DNA of 62,976 nt, counting the filler, from Reclinomonas americana ATCC 50394 (Eukaryota), in NCBI GenBank assembly GCA_048213135.1. It is 4 parts of 3 records of this genome, joined end to end, with 100 filler letters (N's around TTAATTAATTAA, not from the genome) between each part and the next. Parts side by side here need not be neighbours in the genome. Positions count along the whole stretch, not along the records: positions 48,964 to 60,829 come from PS015295.1; positions 60,930 to 62,976 come from PS015299.1; 2 more parts are not named here. One strand, given 5' to 3'. How positions within the stretch are numbered: the stretch's first letter is position 1; the number at the start of each line of letters is the position of its first letter. The notes below the pieces were generated by a model that was not told the origin of the DNA, did not search any database, and saw only the letters and a program-made list of their open reading frames with translations. This document shows positions 59,388 through 62,976 of this stretch, piece by piece. The position numbers and the translations under genes are program-made.

Positions 59388-60650
59388 TCACGAGTGTAGC
59401 ACTTGTCGCGGTGCAACTCCCGGGCACGACGTGCACCTGTGTGGTTGTAGGAGAAAATGTGAGTGCATGCACGACAAGTCAGAGAAAGAGGAGCCGGTCA
59501 TTAACGGAACATGACTTTTGTCGGACGAAGGCACCGGAAGCAGTACTCGTGTTGGCACTGAACAAACAAGCACAGAGTGAGGCGCGAACAAAGTGGTAGC
59601 AGCCACGGTGTGTCGACACACGAACCGCAGTATTCGGGCACTTGACGTGATTGCAAGCCTCGCGGTGTTCTGCAGCACATGGAATCAGTCATCAAAAGAA
59701 GTGACCCCTCACACTGCCTGTACATGTGCGTCTCCCCTCTCACCCATGAGGTGCTGGCATGCGGGACAAGCACGCATGCTGGGAATGTCGTTGTGCGAGC
59801 CAATCGTCTTCACCGGGCACCTGGCCAAGATCTCATTGGCCTCCTCCTCCCACAACCGGCCGCATTCAACACTGCCGCAGGTCTGAGCCGACCCGGCGCC
59901 ACTTCGCCACCGTTGCCAGCATCGCGGGCACACACTGCGGCACCACCACAGTTACGCGCAGCCACAAAACACAACACCGCAACACATACACACACACCTG
60001 CAGTTGCAGCCTCCACAGATGATTCGGCGTGGAGCGCGGTCCCGCTCGACCTGCAGCCATCCACCACACTGCGCAGGTGGGGAGAACAAGATGCATCATG
60101 AGTGTTTGGCAAAGAACACCAAGGAAGAGAAACGGATAGCGTAAGCATACGTACCGACGGATTCGGGCACAAGTGCGCGTTGAGATCGCGCATGCACTGT
60201 TCCTGCTCGGTGCGGATGACGTGCTCTCGGTAGCGCACAAACTCTTTGGGGAACGGGCAGTTCTTCTGACTCGATGCATGCTCGGCGACGTTCATCGGAA
60301 TTTCTGCAGTGGTGGCAGTGAGCAGTGAGTGCGCCGAGTCAGCCATCAGCGGTATGCGGACAACAGAAGCACGCAACTGGCGGTGCAACCGCTGGCCGTG
60401 CACGGTGCCAGTCCACTGCCCACATTACAGTGTGCCAGCAGGTGATCGCGAAGGCACGTACCACCGTGCACACCGTGCGTACACGGCAGGCGATACATGG
60501 GAACGCCACCCTCACCAGGCCCAACAGCCGTGCACACAATGCAATGAACGGTCCTGTCTGAACTCTCCACGAGCATCACTGGCAACTGCGGCGGCACGTG
60601 CACTCGCACTGGTGAACTGCCCGCGGCGACTGTGCGAGCAGACAGAGAAC
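59388..60650 (-). CDS. RBR (RING-IBR-RING) E3 ubiquitin ligase-like (5' end uncertain)
   Basis: RING1 CIVC..LPCTH..C..PC..C; IBR CPNPSCGG..ICGGC..CPRC; RING2 RACPAC..EHREACNHVKC..CQHEYCFRCL; ends VAPRQ. Confidence 0.8.
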
Positions 60651-60688
60651 ATGGTAACGTGAGATACTCTGATCGACACGCCATGACT

Positions 60689-60823
<135 letters not shown>

Positions 60824-60829
60824 ACGACG

Positions 60830-60929
60830 NNNNNNNNNNNNNNNNNNNNNNNNNNNNNNNNNNNNNNNNNNNNTTAATTAATTAANNNNNNNNNNNNNNN
60901 NNNNNNNNNNNNNNNNNNNNNNNNNNNNN
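60830..60929. other. Artificial scaffold-join linker
   Basis: N-run, TTAATTAATTAA, N-run. Confidence 0.97.
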
Positions 60930-61034
60930 ACAAGGGAGAGGAGAAGACTGTCTGTGGAAATATATGCGTGTGACAGAGAGAATCGACAGAGGAGGGATGG
61001 AACGTATTGGTTGCGGTTGAGGGTTTACACATGG

Positions 61035-61395
61035 GAATGCATTGGAGAGAGAAACAAAGAGGAGAATGTCTGCGGAGGCTGCTTGTGTGTGTGGCAAGGG
61101 AGGATCATCAGACGTGGGAAGGGAAATGATACCTTCTTATGTTAGTGTGAATGAGAATGCATTGGAGAAGTAGTAACAATGAGAGGTGTGCCGTGGAGGC
61201 TGTGCGTGTGTGGTAAGAGAGGATCGTCAGAGGTGGGAAGGGAATGGATACTTTGTGGCAGTGTGGATGAGAATGCATTGGCGAGATAGTAACAGTAAGA
61301 AGTGTGCCGTGGAGGCTGTGTGTGTGGCAAGTCAGAGGGGGAAAGGGATAGCACACTTTGTGGAAGTGTGTGGACTGGATGCCATCGAGAGAGTT
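61035..61395. repeat. Three degenerate tandem repeats of about 116-120 bp
   Basis: GAATGCATTGG recurs at 61035, 61155 and 61271, each followed by GGAGGCTG..GTGTGTGG..TCAGA..GGAAGGGA. Confidence 0.85.
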
Positions 61396-61950
61396 ACAAA
61401 GCGAGCGCTGTCAATGGAGGTTGATCTGTATGCGAGAGAGAGGTTGGAGGGAGAAGAGAGGAAGGACAGTTTGTCAATATTTGTGGTATTATGTGACGAC
61501 GGTAAGAAGGAGAGAGTGAGAAAGGAGGAGGGCATCAGTGGAGATTGTTCTTGTCCTACGAGGGTGAAAGACCGATTGTGGGGAGGAAAGGATTAGTTGT
61601 TCTCATATGTGCTGTGAATGCACCGCATGAGGGCACGGGTTGTGGGTGACAGGAGTGGAAGACTTGAGGAGGGGAGTGACTGAGACTTTTGGGAGTGTGT
61701 GCTTGGGGATTCAACAGATGAGTGACATAGAGGATTGAAAGTCAACTGTGCGTGCGAGGAGAGGAGGTGGGGGACAGAAAGGAAATGTTGAGGTGCTGTT
61801 GATGAGATAGACAACAACAAGTGAGTCAGTCAGAGAGTTTATGTGTGAAACAGAGAGGAGTGACAGAGGAGTGGGTTGGATAGCATGTCATTCTCAATCA
61901 CACGGTGTCCGTGCCGTACTTGCTGACGTTTGCTTCCTGGTTGTGCGGCA

Positions 61951-62976
61951 GATGAGCACTGGCACTGGCACTCGCTCCGTGGAGATCACACACCGCTTTG
62001 TGCAATCGTTCCCGGCGATTCCCACTGTGCTCTTTGGCATCTCCGCTCTCTCCAATACGATTGAGGGCGACACTGACATTCGCTGCGCGAGGCCGTCGGT
62101 CACCAAGTTTATGCTGACGGTACAGTGCTCGGCACTCGGCACTGCGCAGTTCGACTCGCTCATTACCAGTTTCGTGAGAGAGATTGAGTTCTCGTGCACA
62201 CTTGCATGAAACTCACGACCTGCGTGGCAGATTTTATTGCCATGTACGCGGACCCTGCCGCGACGTACACACACGACAACGAGTTGCCGCGTCAGAAAGC
62301 TGCCAATGAGTGGCTGAGCCTGGCCACCGACAAGAATTGCACCACGGTTTGTTGATGCAAGCAGACCTGTGCATGGTCCCTGGACTCATTTGTCGCAACC
62401 ACGCGGCTGTGTGAGCAGGAAGTGGTGAATGCCCATGCTTTTGGATTCCAGACAATCCCCTCGATTGCGCTGGCGCTGACGGGTGTGCGGTCCATTCGAC
62501 TCGATCCGAGTGGCACGGCACGCAGCGACAACCTTGAGGTGGCTGTCGGTGAGGCGGCCGCTGCCACCTCGCAGGTGTTGATGACGGTGCGCGGCGATAG
62601 TCGCGTGCAGGCGTTGGAGCTGCGTTCCATGCTGGTGGGATCGCGGCTGGTGCCGCGTGACAATTCCAGTGGCTACGTGATGCTGTCGGGAGGTAAGTTT
62701 GTCTGCGAAGATTTGCCGGCAGTTGTGCACGATTACTGACATGGATCACCGTCATGTTGCAGAGAGCACGCTGGTGGGCAACACGCCGGTGGTGGTCACC
62801 CTCATCAGCCGTCAGTCAACCCGCGGGTTGAAACAGACTGATTTTCCATACCGCCGCATTCTTGCGCGGATGGAAGACGACCGGCACTGGTGCATCGCAG
62901 GTCAATCCGTCGATTTTGCCGACAGATGTGGTTCCGTCGCAAGGCCGCGTGTCGAGTGGAGCGTACGGGCAGCTGA
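61951..62976 (+). CDS. Protein with tandem H-type-lectin-like beta domains (partial)
   Basis: HRFVQSFPAIPTVLFGISAL and HAFGFQTIPSIALALTGV fit the F-x3-P-x-V pattern of H-type lectin domains; short GT-AG introns. Confidence 0.5.

Noticed and set aside
61035..61395. CRISPR-like array
   Set aside because: Whole units are degenerate copies with no unique spacers, there are no cas genes, and the context is eukaryotic.

Overview
Eukaryotic (protist-like), GC-rich, gene-dense and intron-dense DNA with introns mostly about 50-80 nt. The window is four scaffolds joined by artificial N-TTAATTAATTAA-N linkers (at about 24146, 48908 and 60874), with several internal N gaps. I reconstructed about 30 spliced genes by hand. 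They include a 2OG-Fe(II) oxygenase, a degenerate PP2C, an ammonium transporter fused to ankyrin repeats, RTF2, an HtrA protease, a TPR protein, EIF1AD, a DH-PH RhoGEF, tafazzin, an intronless dapF, an unusual kinase, an ABCB transporter, ALG14, RMI1, a JmjC protein, an ATG15-like lipase, a PMCA Ca-ATPase, a Zn-dependent phospholipase C-like protein, Notchless, an RBR E3 ligase and an H-type-lectin-like protein. The most striking signal is in the introns, which use two complementary 5' splice-site classes: G|GTGCGT, and a very common one-base-extended class (A/C/T)|GTTGCG used almost only when the exon does not end in G. Also notable are the Amt-ankyrin fusion with a His-to-Gln change in the twin-His pore, a myristoylated pseudo-PP2C, and very short intergenic distances. 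All gene models and counts are manual and approximate; no database searches were run.
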